Assembly: GCA_965204725.1 (NCBI GenBank)
Contig: OZ242005.1
Location: 5,248,001-5,312,000 of the forward strand
Length of the DNA: 64,000 bases
Reading direction: 5' to 3'
Origin: Candidatus Latescibacterota bacterium
GTDB taxonomy: Bacteria; Latescibacterota; UBA2968; UBA8231
Every line of letters begins with the position of its first letter. The first letter of the stretch is position 1. Of the stretch, positions 9,841 to 19,001 are shown piece after piece. Below the pieces are notes generated by a model, which was not told the DNA's origin, made no database searches, and saw only the letters and a program-made list of their open reading frames with translations. Position numbers and translations under genes: made by a program.

Positions 9841-10116
9841 ATGCAGCAACCCCCCGAAGTCAACCCAGATCCCGTGCAAGTAGAGTTATCCAAGCGGTTA
9901 GACAGCTTTGAGCACCATCTCGACCGCATAGAGACCAATCAGCGCGAGGACAACGCCCAATTGCGGCAGGACAACGCCCAGTTGCGGCAGGACATGCGGC
10001 AGGACAACGCCGAGATTCACCGCCGCTTAGACGCGCTCAACGGCCGCATCTATTGGGTTATTGGAACGCAGATCGCGCTTATGGGCCTTTTGTTCGCCGC
10101 CCTGAAACTGACCTAA
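9841..10116 (+). CDS. Small coiled-coil protein with C-terminal TM anchor
   Basis: ATG 9841 after GAAAGGGA; heptad DNAQLRQ repeats, hydrophobic tail IYWVIGTQIALMGLLFAALK. Confidence 0.7.
   Translation: MQQPPEVNPDPVQVELSKRLDSFEHHLDRIETNQREDNAQLRQDNAQLRQDMRQDNAEIHRRLDALNGRIYWVIGTQIALMGLLFAALKLT
9949..10011 (+). repeat. 21-bp in-frame tandem repeat (2 full plus 2 partial units)
   Basis: GACAACGCCCAATTGCGGCAG / GACAACGCCCAGTTGCGGCAG / GACATGCGGCAG / GACAACGCC. Confidence 0.9.
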
Positions 10117-10134
10117 TTGACCCCCTCCGCTGAG

Positions 10135-12054
10135 ATGCAGCGGCTGAAGAGCGTCTCCCTGCTGACCTTCATCGTCCTCGTCGCCGTGCTCGGCGCGGTG
10201 CATGTCTTGGTCCGCACTTCCACCTATGGGGCGACGATCACGCCGGACTCTGTATATTACCTGTCCGTTGCCGCCAACCTCAGTGCCGGAGAGGGCCTGC
10301 AAAACTTCAGAGGCGAAGGGGTCTCGCACTGGCCGCCGTTCTTTCCCGTCCTCTTGGCCGCCCTCAATCGGGGCGGAATCGAGCTGGTGGATGCCGGTCG
10401 GCTGGTCAGCGTCGTTGCCTTTGGCCTGACCATTTTGCTGTCGGGCCTTCATCTGCGCCGAACCCTCATCTCGCCCCTCCTTGCGGTCGGCGCGACGCTG
10501 GTTCTCGCAACCTCCTTTAACCTCACCCATTTCGCTTCCAGCATCCTGAGCGAGGCTTGCTTCATCCTGTTTGTGCTCCTCGCCCTGACCCAGATCGAGT
10601 CCTTTCTGACCCGAAGAGCCGCTTGGCCATCCCTCGCGCTCGCGGCGGTGTTCAGCACCTTGGCCGCGGTGACGAGGTTCGCGGGCGTGACGGTGATATT
10701 CACGGGAATTGGCCTGCTGCTTTTGCGTCGGGAGTGGCCGCTCGCCGCTCGCCTCAAGTCGGCGGCCTGCTATGGCGCGGTCGCGTCGGTTCCGCTGGTC
10801 GCTGTGCTGACATACAACTGGATTGTCTTCGGGGAGCTAGTGCGATCCTTCGTTCACGAGGGAGAACCCTATTCCCTGTCCCATTGGCTGCGCCGCACAC
10901 TCTTTCTATGCTACCGGGAGGTCGTCCCCGCGACCACGACCGCCTTCGTCGAGTATCTTCTCTGGGCCGGAGGTAGCCTCGCGGTCATCGGAGTAGCCGT
11001 AGTCTGTATGCGGCACAGGAACGAACTTGCCCAAACGCCCTCCTCCACCCTGTGGTCGGTCCTTCCATTGGCCGCGTTTGCCTGCGTGTTCCTAGCCTTC
11101 ATCGCCGTAGTGGTGCCGCTCAGGTTCGGTGCTTCATACATGGTGGTCCGATTCCTCATGCCGCTCCATGTGCCGCTGGTGCTGGTGGCGGCGATCCTGC
11201 TGGACCGATTCTTGGCGATCCGAAGCGAAGGCTGGGTGTCGGCGGTCAAGTGGGCTTCAGCCGCCCTCATACTGATTGGCTGCTGTGCGCTCGCCGGCCG
11301 CTCGACCATAAGCAGCCTCACCGCCACGGCGCAGGCTATAGAGTCTGGCTACTATGGCGACAAGTACAATACAGCCCACTGGGACGAGAGCGAAACAATC
11401 CGCTACCTGAAAGCCAACCCGACGGACGCAGTGATATACTCCAACCGCGATGGCCTGCTGTACACGGTGCTCGCGCTGGATGCCGGGATCAACGTCCGCG
11501 GGAAGTATCCCACTTTCGACGACTTGGGCAAATCACCTGTAATCCCGCCGGGTGAAAGCGGCCCAAGCGGAACGCACTTCGTTTGGCTGCACCAATTCGC
11601 ACCCTTCTATAGATTCGACGCCGCCGACTTGCGTGCCTTGCCCCAGCTAGAGCCGGTCGCCGAATTCGCCGATGGCGTCGTATTCAAAGTCAACAAAGCC
11701 TATGACACCGCCGCGGCCCTGCGGACAACGTATAAAGCTGTCGTAGCTGGCGAACCGGCCATCCGATCCACCTTTGATGTCTATCTCGGCGAAAATAATA
11801 CCTTGACCTACGTCAAACAGCCGTGTACTCGTGCCGACACGGAGGAGCCGTTCTTTCTGCACCTGTTTCCCGCCCACCGGGCGGACCGGCCCGACGTTGA
11901 CCGCCTAACCTTTGAATTCGACTGGCGCGGCGTCCGGTTCGACGGCAAGTGCTGGACCGAGCACGCGCTGCCCGAATACGCCATCGCCCGCATCCGCACC
12001 GGCCAAGGCAAGGCGTGGCAAGCCGAGTTCGACCTAGCCGACGCGGAGCATTAG
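10135..12054 (+). CDS. GT-C/PMT-like membrane glycosyltransferase, copy 2
   Basis: Same start MQRLKSVSLL and architecture as 7870..9786; near-identical 3' part. Confidence 0.65.
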   Translation: MQRLKSVSLLTFIVLVAVLGAVHVLVRTSTYGATITPDSVYYLSVAANLSAGEGLQNFRGEGVSHWPPFFPVLLAALNRGGIELVDAGRLVSVVAFGLTILLSGLHLRRTLISPLLAVGATLVLATSFNLTHFASSILSEACFILFVLLALTQIESFLTRRAAWPSLALAAVFSTLAAVTRFAGVTVIFTGIGLLLLRREWPLAARLKSAACYGAVASVPLVAVLTYNWIVFGELVRSFVHEGEPYSLSHWLRRTLFLCYREVVPATTTAFVEYLLWAGGSLAVIGVAVVCMRHRNELAQTPSSTLWSVLPLAAFACVFLAFIAVVVPLRFGASYMVVRFLMPLHVPLVLVAAILLDRFLAIRSEGWVSAVKWASAALILIGCCALAGRSTISSLTATAQAIESGYYGDKYNTAHWDESETIRYLKANPTDAVIYSNRDGLLYTVLALDAGINVRGKYPTFDDLGKSPVIPPGESGPSGTHFVWLHQFAPFYRFDAADLRALPQLEPVAEFADGVVFKVNKAYDTAAALRTTYKAVVAGEPAIRSTFDVYLGENNTLTYVKQPCTRADTEEPFFLHLFPAHRADRPDVDRLTFEFDWRGVRFDGKCWTEHALPEYAIARIRTGQGKAWQAEFDLADAEH

Positions 12055-12196
12055 TCCACCTCTATCCCATGCAAGTAGAATCGAGAACTCGGCCCTCTTT
12101 TGGCCCAACCCCTTCACTTGGCTTATTATTTGTAGGGAACCCCTGATCAAGTCGGTTTGCTAAAAAACCATCCTAATTGAAATTGAAGAGGAACCA

Positions 12197-13618
12197 ATGT
12201 CCCCCCGAAAGTTAATCTCCCTACAGCAGGCTTTTGCGACTCCGCTCGACGAGGCCAATCACTACTACCGTCGGCATGTAAACGACAAGCTGCTCACCCT
12301 CTATTCAATCCTCGGCACCGGCAATTTGGAGTACACAAGCGCGCGAGGGTCCGAGCTCAAACTGGCGGATGGGACGACCGTTCTCGACTTCACTTCAGCG
12401 ATGGGCAGCCTCTCGTTAGGCCACAACCATCCGCACATCGTGGCGGCCGAAAAAGCCTGCCACGATCGCGAACTGGTTGACATGATGAAAGTCGGGCCGA
12501 GCCGAATCCAAGGCGTTCTCGCCTACAACATTGCCCAAATTTTGGGACCGGCACTCGACACGACGATATTCTGCGTCACCGGGGCGGAAGCCGTTGAGGC
12601 GGCCATGAAACTTTGCGAGATCGCCCAAGGGCCTAAGCGACGCAAATTCCTCGTGGCCTCCGGGTCCTTCCACGGCAAATCGCATACCACGCTGTCGATA
12701 ACGAGGAGCGGCGACTACGGACGCGGCGTTCTGCACGGGCTGCCGCCCGAATGCATCCTCGAGGTGCCTTTTGGTGACGCGGACGCGGCCCGAGCGAAAG
12801 TCGCAACTCATGCCGACAGCATCGTTGCCGCGGTCCTCGAACCAATTCAGGGGCAGGCGGTGGTCGTGCCGCCGGACGGGTATCTCAACGAGGTGGGGAA
12901 AATCTGCAAAGACGCCGGCATTCTGCTGGTGCTCGATGAAACCAAGGTCGGGCTGTGCAGAACGGGCCGGATGTTCGCTTATGAGTGGGACGACGCCGCG
13001 CCGGACGCACTCGTGTTCGGCAAGGCTCTCGGGGGAGGCAAACGCGCAATGTCAGTCGTTGCGACCTCCCGTGAACTCTTCCGCCGGGCCTATGGCACGC
13101 GGCAGTCCTGCGCCTTGCAAACGACGACCTTCGGGGGCATCGGGGAGTCGTGCGCGGTGGCGATTGAAACGCTCAATTTCATGGTGGACCAAGATCTGGC
13201 CGCGCAAGCTGAGAGCAAGGGAGCGTACCTGTACGCCGGGTTGCAGCGGATCCAAGAAAAATTTCCCGCATTCGTGCGCGAGATCCGCGGCCGCGGCCTG
13301 TTTCAAGGCATCCACTTGAGGCTCCGGCCCCGCGTCACGGCTGCGTTTGGTGCCCTCGATACGAAAACCGTCAAATCCGCCGCGGCCGCAGCCTTCATAA
13401 ACTACATGCTACGCAAGCACCGCATACTCCTGCATTTCGTCGATAGCGACCCTGACGTGGTCCACATCATGCCGCCGCTGACCGCGTCAACCGAGGAACT
13501 AGACCGGCTCTTGGATGCCCTACAGGCCACTTTTGAAGCTGGCTTGGGGCGCATTGCGTCGAACTTCGCCCAGCATCTTGGCGATCAAGCAATGGCCTTG
13601 CTTAAGAGTCGAGAGTAA
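12197..13618 (+). CDS. Class III PLP aminotransferase (ornithine/putrescine aminotransferase-like)
   Basis: LGHNHP, TGAEAVEAAMK, SFHGK, EPIQG, DETKVGLCRTG, FGKALGGG, TTFGG, RGRGL; GAGGA RBS. Confidence 0.9.
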   Translation: MSPRKLISLQQAFATPLDEANHYYRRHVNDKLLTLYSILGTGNLEYTSARGSELKLADGTTVLDFTSAMGSLSLGHNHPHIVAAEKACHDRELVDMMKVGPSRIQGVLAYNIAQILGPALDTTIFCVTGAEAVEAAMKLCEIAQGPKRRKFLVASGSFHGKSHTTLSITRSGDYGRGVLHGLPPECILEVPFGDADAARAKVATHADSIVAAVLEPIQGQAVVVPPDGYLNEVGKICKDAGILLVLDETKVGLCRTGRMFAYEWDDAAPDALVFGKALGGGKRAMSVVATSRELFRRAYGTRQSCALQTTTFGGIGESCAVAIETLNFMVDQDLAAQAESKGAYLYAGLQRIQEKFPAFVREIRGRGLFQGIHLRLRPRVTAAFGALDTKTVKSAAAAAFINYMLRKHRILLHFVDSDPDVVHIMPPLTASTEELDRLLDALQATFEAGLGRIASNFAQHLGDQAMALLKSRE

Positions 13619-13624
13619 GTCCAA

Positions 13625-14227
13625 TCAGTCGAGTTGCTTCAACGAGACGATTCGCAGCCCATTGACTTCTTCCAACACCTCGGTTTTATAGGGTTTCGTC
13701 AAAGACATTTCCGGCGGGTACAAAGACATCATAACCACGCCTCCTTCCGCCAAATAGCGCGGTGCCTCTTCGAGAAAACGGCGCAGCAATTCCATCCTTT
13801 GTTTCTTGACCAAGAAGTACACGATGGCGATGACGACGCGGTTGTTGCGCGGCATCAGGGACTTTATGAACTCCAACGGTGCCGCAGGAGCCGAGGTGTG
13901 CCCCAGAGGAGGATTGAAAACAATCAGATCAAATAGACCGGAGACGCCGCTGAACAGGTCGCTGTACTTGAACTCCAGTTCTAGGTCGTTTGCACGAGCG
14001 TTGCCGTTTGCACACTGGAGCGCGGTGCTGTTGACATCGACCCCCATGCTCTGCCAGCCGCAAGACCTAAGATATAGCGCGATGAAGCCGGTTCCGGTGC
14101 CAATGTCGAGGGCTGTCTCGCCCGCTTGCCGCCCCGCGTGGTTCGCCATACTAAGCGTATCGGGGCCAACCCGGGAGACCCCGGGCGAGTTGTTGACGAG
14201 AATGTCGTTGAATTCCTTGTATTTCAT
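13625..14227 (-). CDS. Class I SAM methyltransferase, HemK/MTS-like
   Basis: LDIGTGTG, SDLF, FDLIVFNPP motif IV. Confidence 0.85.
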   Translation of the reverse strand: MKYKEFNDILVNNSPGVSRVGPDTLSMANHAGRQAGETALDIGTGTGFIALYLRSCGWQSMGVDVNSTALQCANGNARANDLELEFKYSDLFSGVSGLFDLIVFNPPLGHTSAPAAPLEFIKSLMPRNNRVVIAIVYFLVKKQRMELLRRFLEEAPRYLAEGGVVMMSLYPPEMSLTKPYKTEVLEEVNGLRIVSLKQLD

Positions 14228-14294
14228 AAGAGCCTTTCTTGGCGACTGCCGCTAGGCGGCCGAGGAGGTTTACCCGCGCCTGTATCCCAGCCCA

Positions 14295-16139
14295 TCACGG
14301 GCTGATTGACGCGGGCACGGGGGGTGTCGTCGTCTGCTGGGCCATGGACCCGCCCACCGGCTGTAGGCGGATGAAGGTCTTGAGCAACTCCCACTGCCAG
14401 GAGTGCGGAAAGCCGTAAGGGTCTTGCTGGCTCGGCCAGCCGGTCCAGTGGGTCGTGTTGCAAGGATAGCGGATGATGAGCTGCGCCAAGAAGATGTCGG
14501 GCAACTCCTCCACCCAGATCTCCATGGCCTCGACGAACAGCTCCAACAGCTCCTCATCGCCCACTTGCAGGGGCGCGATGCGCTCGACGATGCGGTCGAA
14601 CTCCTCGTTGCGCCAGCGCGAGGTGGTTGACCACAGCGGCGCCGGCTGGCCGGTGGGCCGGACGTATTGGGAGGTGTAGTAAGACAGCATCAGATAAGGA
14701 TCCATGCCCTGCACCCCGCTAGGCCCTTTGCAGCCGAGGGAGGCGGCCTGCTCCCCGGTCTGCACGAGCGAGGTCAGGCCCGGCGAGGTATCAAAGCTCG
14801 CATCGAACCCAGCATCGCGCAGTTGCTGCGTCAGGGGCGGACCGTACGCTCGCAGCCACTGCGGCACAAACAGGGCGATCTCGAGCCGCTCGCCCTCCGC
14901 GTCGGTCCACAAGCCCTCGTCGTCTTTGCGATAGCCTTTTGCCTCCATGATCCGGTTCACCTCTTGCGGGTGCGGGTCGGCGTCGTACCCGTGCCGAGCG
15001 AGAATCTCCTGTAGGGCCTCGTCAAAAGGCGCGAACCAGTCGTAGGGCGTGAAGGGATGCAACGCGACCACGCCCGCCCCGGACTCGGCGAGTTGGACGA
15101 GTTTTTTCCGGTCGATGGCCATGCTGATCGCCCGGCGAATCTGCGGGTCGTCAAAGGGCGGCTCCGAGCAGTTCATGTTGAGGTCAATGGGACACCAGTC
15201 GAGATAGCCGTAGGGCGGCTGCCGATCGGAGAAGGTCACGACCCGTGCGTTGCGTTCGAGGACGCTTTCGAGGGTGAGCACCTGCATGATGGGCGCCATG
15301 TCGAGCTGATCGGTCAGCAGCAGTTGCGCCGCTTGGCTCTCCTCCTGCTGCGGCACGTAGATGATCCGCTCGATCTTCGGCAGGGGTTTGAACCCGGTCT
15401 GGGCTGCCCACCAGTCTGGTCGCAGGTCGTAGATTTTCTGGTACGGCGAAGCGTACACAAGGCGGTAAGGCCCCGTGCCGAGGGGCAGGCCCTCCTCGAT
15501 GTCGTGGAAGGTGAACTCTAAGGGGTCTTGGTCCTTCCATATATGCTCGGGCAAGATGAAGACGCCGTGGTTGCTGCTCAGGGTGGTCGCCCAAAACGCA
15601 GGCCCCGCCTTTTTGAGCACCAGCCGCACCGTGTGGTCATTGATGACTTCGGTGGAGTCGAAAAACTCGGGCAGATCGGCCAGATGGACCATGGACTCGG
15701 CGTGGTCGCGCAGCATGTTGAAGGTGAAGGCCACGTCGCGGGCGGTGAAGGGCCGCCCGTCCGCCCATTCAATGCCCTCGCGGAGCTTTACGGTGATCAC
15801 GGTCGCGCTATCGTCGTACTCCCAGTGCTCGGCCAGCCAGTTTTCGTGATCCCCGGTGAGCACATTGTACATGATCAGCGGCTCAAACATCGCCGGTAGC
15901 GTACCCAGGTGGTATCCTTGGTCGGAGCCGGGGATATAGGGGTTTTGATTGTCGAACAGGGGATACTGGCTCGGGCCGCCGTTCATCACGATCAAGGTGC
16001 GGTCCCGAGGGACATCCTCCAGCACCACACCCGGCCCGCAGCCAGCCAGCACTGCGATCAGTAGGGGCAGCCCGCGCCCAAAGGACGCCTTGGCGAACAA
16101 AACTAGTTGGTACAGGTGCTTCCTCCTCATGCTCCACAT
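14295..16139 (-). CDS. ABC substrate-binding lipoprotein, family 5 (peptide/oligosaccharide), copy A
   Basis: Lipobox LAGC, LREGIEWADGRPFTARDVAFTF, GTGPY, IRRAISMAIDR. Confidence 0.92.
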   Translation of the reverse strand: MWSMRRKHLYQLVLFAKASFGRGLPLLIAVLAGCGPGVVLEDVPRDRTLIVMNGGPSQYPLFDNQNPYIPGSDQGYHLGTLPAMFEPLIMYNVLTGDHENWLAEHWEYDDSATVITVKLREGIEWADGRPFTARDVAFTFNMLRDHAESMVHLADLPEFFDSTEVINDHTVRLVLKKAGPAFWATTLSSNHGVFILPEHIWKDQDPLEFTFHDIEEGLPLGTGPYRLVYASPYQKIYDLRPDWWAAQTGFKPLPKIERIIYVPQQEESQAAQLLLTDQLDMAPIMQVLTLESVLERNARVVTFSDRQPPYGYLDWCPIDLNMNCSEPPFDDPQIRRAISMAIDRKKLVQLAESGAGVVALHPFTPYDWFAPFDEALQEILARHGYDADPHPQEVNRIMEAKGYRKDDEGLWTDAEGERLEIALFVPQWLRAYGPPLTQQLRDAGFDASFDTSPGLTSLVQTGEQAASLGCKGPSGVQGMDPYLMLSYYTSQYVRPTGQPAPLWSTTSRWRNEEFDRIVERIAPLQVGDEELLELFVEAMEIWVEELPDIFLAQLIIRYPCNTTHWTGWPSQQDPYGFPHSWQWELLKTFIRLQPVGGSMAQQTTTPPVPASISP

Positions 16140-16142
16140 CGT

Positions 16143-17963
16143 TTATCTCTCTCCATAGGACAGGCCGGCGATCTGCTCTTTGCCCGTGCCTGTAACTGAC
16201 GCGGACACGGGGGGTGCCGTCGTCCGCTGGGGCTCCGATTCGCCCGCTGGCTTCAAGCGGATGAAGATCTTGAGCGTCTCCCACTGCAAGGGGTTCAGAA
16301 AGCTGTAAGGGTCTTGCTGGCTCGGCCAGCCGGTCCAGTAGGTCGTGTTGCAAGGATGGCGGATGATGAGCTGGCCCAAGAAGATGTCGGGCAACTCCCT
16401 CACCCAGATCTCCATGGCCTCGACGAACAGCCCCAACAGCTTCTCATCGCCCACTTGCAGGGGCGCGATGCGGTCGACGATGCGGTCGAACTCTTCGTTG
16501 CGCCAGCGCGGGGAGTTTGACCACGACACCGATCGGGAGGTATAGTAAGATAGCATCAGATAGGGATCCATGCCCTGCACCCCGCTGGGCCCCTTGCAGC
16601 CGAGGGAGACGGGCGGGGTCTGACCCGGCTCGGTACTCGCGTCGAAACCAGCGTCGCGCAGTTGCTCAATTAGGGGCGGAGTATAAGTTGATGCCCACCC
16701 CTGAATGGTGATCTCGAGCCGCTCGCCCTCCGCGTCGGTCCACAAGCCCTCGTCGTCTTTGCGATAGCCTTTTGCCTCCATGATCCGGCTCACCTCTTGC
16801 GGGTGTGGGTCGGCGTCGTACCCGTGCCGAGCGAGGATCTCCTGTAGGGCCTCGTCAAAAGGCGCGAACCAGTCGTAGGGCGTGAAGGGATGCAGCGCGA
16901 CCACGCCCGCCCCGGACTCGGCGAGTTGGACGAGTTTTTTTCGGTCAATGGCCATGCTGATCGCCCGGCGAATCTGCGGATCGTCAAAGGGCGGCTCCGA
17001 GCAGTTCATGTTGAGGTCAATGGGGCACCAGTCGAGATAGCCGTAGGGCGGCTGCCGATCGGAGAAGGTCACGACCTGTGCGCTGCGCTCCAAGACGCTT
17101 TCGATGCTAGGCACCTGCATGACGGATGCTATGTCGAGCTGATCGGTCAGCAGCAGTTGCGCCGCTTGACTCTCCTCCTGCTCCGGCACGTAGATGATGC
17201 GCTCGACCTTCGGCAGGGGTTTGAATCCGGTCTTGGCCGCCCACCAGTCTGGGCGCAGGTCGTAGATTTTCTGGTGCGGCGAAGCGTACACGAGCCGGTA
17301 GGGGCCCGTGCCGAGGGGCAGACCCGCCTTGATGTCGTGGAAGGTGAACTCTAAGGGGTCTTGATCCTTCCATATATGCTCAGGCAAGATGAAGACGCCG
17401 TGGTTGGTACTCAGGGTGGTCGCCCAAAACGCAGGCCCCGCTTTTTTGAGCACCAGCCGCACCGTGTGGTCGTCAATGACTTCGGTGGAGTCGAAAAACT
17501 CGGGCAGATCGGCCAGATGGCCCATGGACTCGGTGTGGTCGCGCAGCATGTTGAAGGTGAAGGCCACGTCGCGGGTGGTGAAGGGCTGTCCATCCGCCCA
17601 TTCGATGCCCTCGCGGAGCTTTACGGTGATCACGGTCGCGCTATCGTCGTACTCCCAGTGCTCGGCCAGCCAGTTTTCGTGCTCCCCGGTGAGCACATTG
17701 AACATGATCAGCGGCTCAAACATCGCCGGCAGCGTACCCAGATGGAAGGAGCCGGCGGTATAGGGGTTATGGTTGTCGAACAGGGGATACTGGCCCGAAC
17801 CGCCGTACATCACGATCAAGGTGCGGTCCCGGGGGACATCCTCCAGCACCACATCCGGCCCGCAGCTAGCCAGCACCGCGCCCAATAGGGGCAGCCCGTG
17901 CCCAAAGGACGCCTTGGCGAACAAAACTAGTTGGTATAGGTGCTTCCTGCCTATGCTCCACAT
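16143..17963 (-). CDS. ABC substrate-binding lipoprotein, family 5, copy B
   Basis: Close paralogue of 14295..16139; lipobox LASC; C-terminus carries a copy of the OppF tail. Confidence 0.92.
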   Translation of the reverse strand: MWSIGRKHLYQLVLFAKASFGHGLPLLGAVLASCGPDVVLEDVPRDRTLIVMYGGSGQYPLFDNHNPYTAGSFHLGTLPAMFEPLIMFNVLTGEHENWLAEHWEYDDSATVITVKLREGIEWADGQPFTTRDVAFTFNMLRDHTESMGHLADLPEFFDSTEVIDDHTVRLVLKKAGPAFWATTLSTNHGVFILPEHIWKDQDPLEFTFHDIKAGLPLGTGPYRLVYASPHQKIYDLRPDWWAAKTGFKPLPKVERIIYVPEQEESQAAQLLLTDQLDIASVMQVPSIESVLERSAQVVTFSDRQPPYGYLDWCPIDLNMNCSEPPFDDPQIRRAISMAIDRKKLVQLAESGAGVVALHPFTPYDWFAPFDEALQEILARHGYDADPHPQEVSRIMEAKGYRKDDEGLWTDAEGERLEITIQGWASTYTPPLIEQLRDAGFDASTEPGQTPPVSLGCKGPSGVQGMDPYLMLSYYTSRSVSWSNSPRWRNEEFDRIVDRIAPLQVGDEKLLGLFVEAMEIWVRELPDIFLGQLIIRHPCNTTYWTGWPSQQDPYSFLNPLQWETLKIFIRLKPAGESEPQRTTAPPVSASVTGTGKEQIAGLSYGER

Positions 17964-17966
17964 CGT

Positions 17967-19001
17967 TTACCTCTCTCCATAGGACAGGCCAGCGACCTGC
18001 TCTTCCGACAGGACGGGGGCGTCCTCGTAGAGATAACAGGCCGCGGCGCGGCCGGTATCGGTCTGCACTAGTGGCGGGTGCTGGCGGCGACAGCGGGGCA
18101 TGACCTGAGGGCAGCGCTCGGCAAAGGCACAGCCGCCGGTGGTGCTTGGAATTTTCGCGCCCTCTTCGCCGCCAAGCGCGACCTCAGGGGTGCCTTGTCC
18201 CCAGCGGCGTTTTGCGTCCGGCAAAGGGATGGAACGGACGAGCAACTGCGTATAGGGGTGTTTCGGGGCCTTGATGACCTGCTCCACGTCGCCTACCTCG
18301 ACCACGACTCCTTGGTACATGACGAGAATGGTGTGGCTCAACTGGTACGCCGTGGTTAGATCGTGGCTGATGTACACCAGACTGATGCCGCGCTCCCGGT
18401 GGATGCGGGCCAAGGTCTCCAAGATGGTAGCGCGCAACGAGGCATCCACCATGGACACCGGCTCGTCGGCCACGATCACGCGCGGGTCGAGCAGCAGCGC
18501 CCGCGCCACCATGACGCGCTGGCACTGACCGCCGCTCAGCTGGTGGGGATAGCGGCCAAGCGTCTCCTCTGGGCGCAGGCCGACCGCTTGCAGACCCTCC
18601 TCAATCCGCTGCCGCCGCTGGGGGCGCGACAGCGCCGGGAAGAACTTGGCGATCGGCACCGTTAGGGTATGGTTCACCCGGTAGAAGGGGTTGAACACCT
18701 CAAAAGGATCCTGAAACACGGCCTGCACCTGCCGGCGAAAGGTCTGGCGCGCCTTGGCGTTGAGTTGGCGCAGCTCCGCGCCCCGGTAGCGGACCGAACC
18801 GCCGGTGGGAGGCAGGATGCCCAGCAGCAGGCGCGCCAAGGTGGTCTTGCCGCTGCCACTCTCGCCGGCGATGGCGACCACCACGGGATCGTCGGCCGGG
18901 ATCACCAGCGAGGCGGCGGCGACGGCCGCGACTCGGGGGCCGAACAGGCCGCGGCCAAAGGTCCGGCTAGCGCCCCGCGCTTCAAGCAGTGGTGTGATCA
19001 T
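17967..19001 (-). CDS. Oligopeptide/dipeptide ABC ATP-binding protein (OppF/DppF-like)
   Basis: GESGSGKTT, YPHQLSGGQ, VADEP, HPYT, C-terminal Cys cluster; ATG 19001 overlaps upstream stop. Confidence 0.92.
   Translation of the reverse strand: MITPLLEARGASRTFGRGLFGPRVAAVAAASLVIPADDPVVVAIAGESGSGKTTLARLLLGILPPTGGSVRYRGAELRQLNAKARQTFRRQVQAVFQDPFEVFNPFYRVNHTLTVPIAKFFPALSRPQRRQRIEEGLQAVGLRPEETLGRYPHQLSGGQCQRVMVARALLLDPRVIVADEPVSMVDASLRATILETLARIHRERGISLVYISHDLTTAYQLSHTILVMYQGVVVEVGDVEQVIKAPKHPYTQLLVRSIPLPDAKRRWGQGTPEVALGGEEGAKIPSTTGGCAFAERCPQVMPRCRRQHPPLVQTDTGRAAACYLYEDAPVLSEEQVAGLSYGER

Noticed and set aside
9949-10011. Short repeats as a possible CRISPR array
   Set aside because: No spacers; units are in-frame codons of a coiled coil; no cas genes.
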